A DNA stretch of 63,277 nt from Saccostrea cucullata. Lineage: Eukaryota. Within the stretch, counting starts at the first letter, position 1, and each line of letters starts with the position of its first letter. The stretch lies in NCBI RefSeq assembly GCF_032062105.1, contig NW_026935147.1:1-63277 (forward strand), written 5' to 3'. Positions 61,580 through 63,277 of the stretch are shown one piece after another. A model generated the notes under the pieces. It was not told the origin of the DNA. It made no database searches and saw nothing but the letters and a program-made list of their open reading frames with translations. The translations under genes and the position numbers were made by a program.

Positions 61580-61795
61580 ATGATGCAACAGGTATAAAAA
61601 AGATGATGCAATAGATATCAAAAAGATGATGCAATAGATATATAAAGATGATGCAATAGATATATAAAGATGATGCAATAGATATAAAAAAGGTGATGCA
61701 ATAGATATATAAAGATGATGCAACAAGTATCAAAAAGATGATGCAACAGATATCAAAAAGATGATGCAACAGTAAAGGTATATAAAGCGGAGCTG
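61580..61795 (+). promoter_or_regulatory. CARE/ATF4-like array 3 (9 copies) plus TATA promoter of paralog C
   Basis: TGATGCAAY every 22-23 bp, abutting GGTATATAAAG. Confidence 0.7.
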
Positions 61796-61869
61796 AGAGT
61801 ACCCTGCGCTCATTGTACTCAATTTTGAAAAAGGACACGGAACAAGTCAGACGTGTTTTTGTTTCAAAG

Positions 61870-62337
61870 ATGCAGTATCGCTGGTCTATTGACGAAGAAA
61901 CTTTTGGGCCTTGGATGAAAACTAAACTGGGAGCGGTGATGGATTATTTTGAACATCATCCAGGACAATTCATGAAGGATTTCAGGAAAGAATCATGGGC
62001 TGACCAGGGATTTCTTGCAAAAATATTTCCAGAAAAAAAAGTGTGGTTGGAAAAAAGAGTCAAAATCCCTTGCCCCCTCAAAGGATATAGAGTGAGGGTA
62101 AAAACCAACCAACATTATCAGCAATACAAATGGGAGATCCACGATGATCTTGGAACTCTAGCTAAAGGTCTCTGGTACATGTATTTAAAAGCGTGTATTG
62201 AAGATTTAATGAGGACCAAGAAAGAAGAAGAAGCCTTAAAAAGAGTTCTTCCAGACACTTATACACAGTACCTGTATTGTCGCATCCCCTTTACCCGGAT
62301 TAAAGACTGGATGGAAAAGAAAGGACTTGGGGTGTAG
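61870..62337 (+). CDS. Orphan two-domain Polinton protein, paralog C (intact)
   Basis: YRWSI..GPWMK..AVMDY..WLEKR and YKWEI..GLW..ACIED..YLYCRIP. Confidence 0.78.
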   Translation: MQYRWSIDEETFGPWMKTKLGAVMDYFEHHPGQFMKDFRKESWADQGFLAKIFPEKKVWLEKRVKIPCPLKGYRVRVKTNQHYQQYKWEIHDDLGTLAKGLWYMYLKACIEDLMRTKKEEEALKRVLPDTYTQYLYCRIPFTRIKDWMEKKGLGV

Positions 62338-62481
62338 AAGCGACTGATTGAGGACCGATCATCAGAAGACGAAGAAATAGATGTGTAAACTTTTTTGAAT
62401 AAATTTTTTAAATTTTTTTTCAAAAAGTGTTGTTATAAATACAAAGGTCTTAAGGTCTAGAGTCTCAGTCTTAGATTGAAC

Positions 62482-63277
62482 ATGGGCGAGAGCAGTGGGT
62501 TTTACATGACTTTACCCAGTGATGGGTCTATGGCCTCTTTTTCTAGCAATACGACTGCTCAGTTTAAAACCTTATTACCACAATCCCTAGATTTAACCGA
62601 CGGAGAATGGGAAGTGGCTTTAACAGAAATGATGTATCCCAATTCATTGAAAAACATTACAGAAAAGGAGGCTTATTTTGACATCCTGGTTCCTCAGTCT
62701 TATGCTCGCCATATCAAAAACCCCAATGTTTATGGCAGATTTAAAATGAAAACCTTAGACCCAATGCCATTACGTCAATGTCCTGTACTGCTCGATTGGG
62801 CCCATACTAAACGGCCTGCACTCGTTGAACTAGATAGCAAGATGGAAATTAGACGAATTCACTTCAGACCCGGGCCTTACACTCACCCCAAGGCCTTAAC
62901 AGAGGAAATAAGTCTAGGACTACAGAGATCATTGAAAAAAATATGGAAAACCCTTGGTGATGGAAATGAAGACAAATCTATGAAATTAGTATATTACGAG
63001 ACCTATGATCGAGTGATGTATGAAACCAATGAAAAAATGCTTAGTCCCTTATGCATTCGTTTCCCCACATCCTTAGCTTATAAGCTAGGCATGGACAGTC
63101 AGAAAGTCATTCTTCAGAACGATACAGAAAACATGACCAAATGGATCAACATTAGTTACTTGGGAAACAATACTGTGGATTTATATGAAAATCTGAAATC
63201 CATGTATGTCTATTGTGACCTGATTCAACCCCAGACGGTAGGATCCAATGCCTTGAAACTCTTAAGAGTGGTGCCTT
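62482..63277 (+). CDS. Polinton minor capsid (penton), truncated by window end
   Basis: FYMTLPSD...NTTAQFKTLLP..L.L..GEWEVALTE..YP and MYVYCDLIQPQTVG...LLRVVP; TATA at ~62435. Confidence 0.85.
   Translation, partial: MGESSGFYMTLPSDGSMASFSSNTTAQFKTLLPQSLDLTDGEWEVALTEMMYPNSLKNITEKEAYFDILVPQSYARHIKNPNVYGRFKMKTLDPMPLRQCPVLLDWAHTKRPALVELDSKMEIRRIHFRPGPYTHPKALTEEISLGLQRSLKKIWKTLGDGNEDKSMKLVYYETYDRVMYETNEKMLSPLCIRFPTSLAYKLGMDSQKVILQNDTENMTKWINISYLGNNTVDLYENLKSMYVYCDLIQPQTVGSNALKLLRVVP

Larger units (their letters stand above)
36229..63277 (+). mobile_element. Polinton/Maverick endogenous virus-like element; left end at AGTAGT, continues past window
   Basis: AGTAGT terminus; pPolB, packaging ATPase, retroviral-type integrase, penton; intronless genes with TATA boxes. 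Confidence 0.93.

Overview
AT-rich eukaryotic genomic DNA, most likely an oyster/bivalve (inferred from Helentron/HINE elements carrying a ~167-bp Cg170-like satellite). Almost all of it is nested mobile DNA. (1) 5375-23126 is a young Ngaro-type tyrosine-recombinase retrotransposon (split direct repeats, SGNH hydrolase, gag, RT/RNase H, YR). Its 5' repeat is interrupted by a DIRS1 element (5558-15675), which is itself interrupted by a Zator DNA transposon (10111-15316). The stack appears to lie in an intron of a small-exon host membrane-protein gene. (2) A second, decayed Ngaro is on the minus strand at ~25.9-30.4 kb. (3) From 36229 to beyond the window end is a Polinton/Maverick (pPolB, IAP, packaging ATPase, core-like proteins, integrase-chromodomain, penton). 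It is split by a 14.6-kb TIR transposon with satellite-bearing ends and THAP-DDE and YqaJ remnants. The most interesting unexplained structure is non-coding or orphan: two covarying RNA-hairpin arrays inside the Ngaro, and, in the Polinton, ATF4/C-EBP (CARE) motif arrays plus a DR4 nuclear-receptor-like array, tied to a three-member family of orphan two-domain genes. A 150-N gap lies at 32467-32616. No database searches were run; family names come from recognising motifs by eye.
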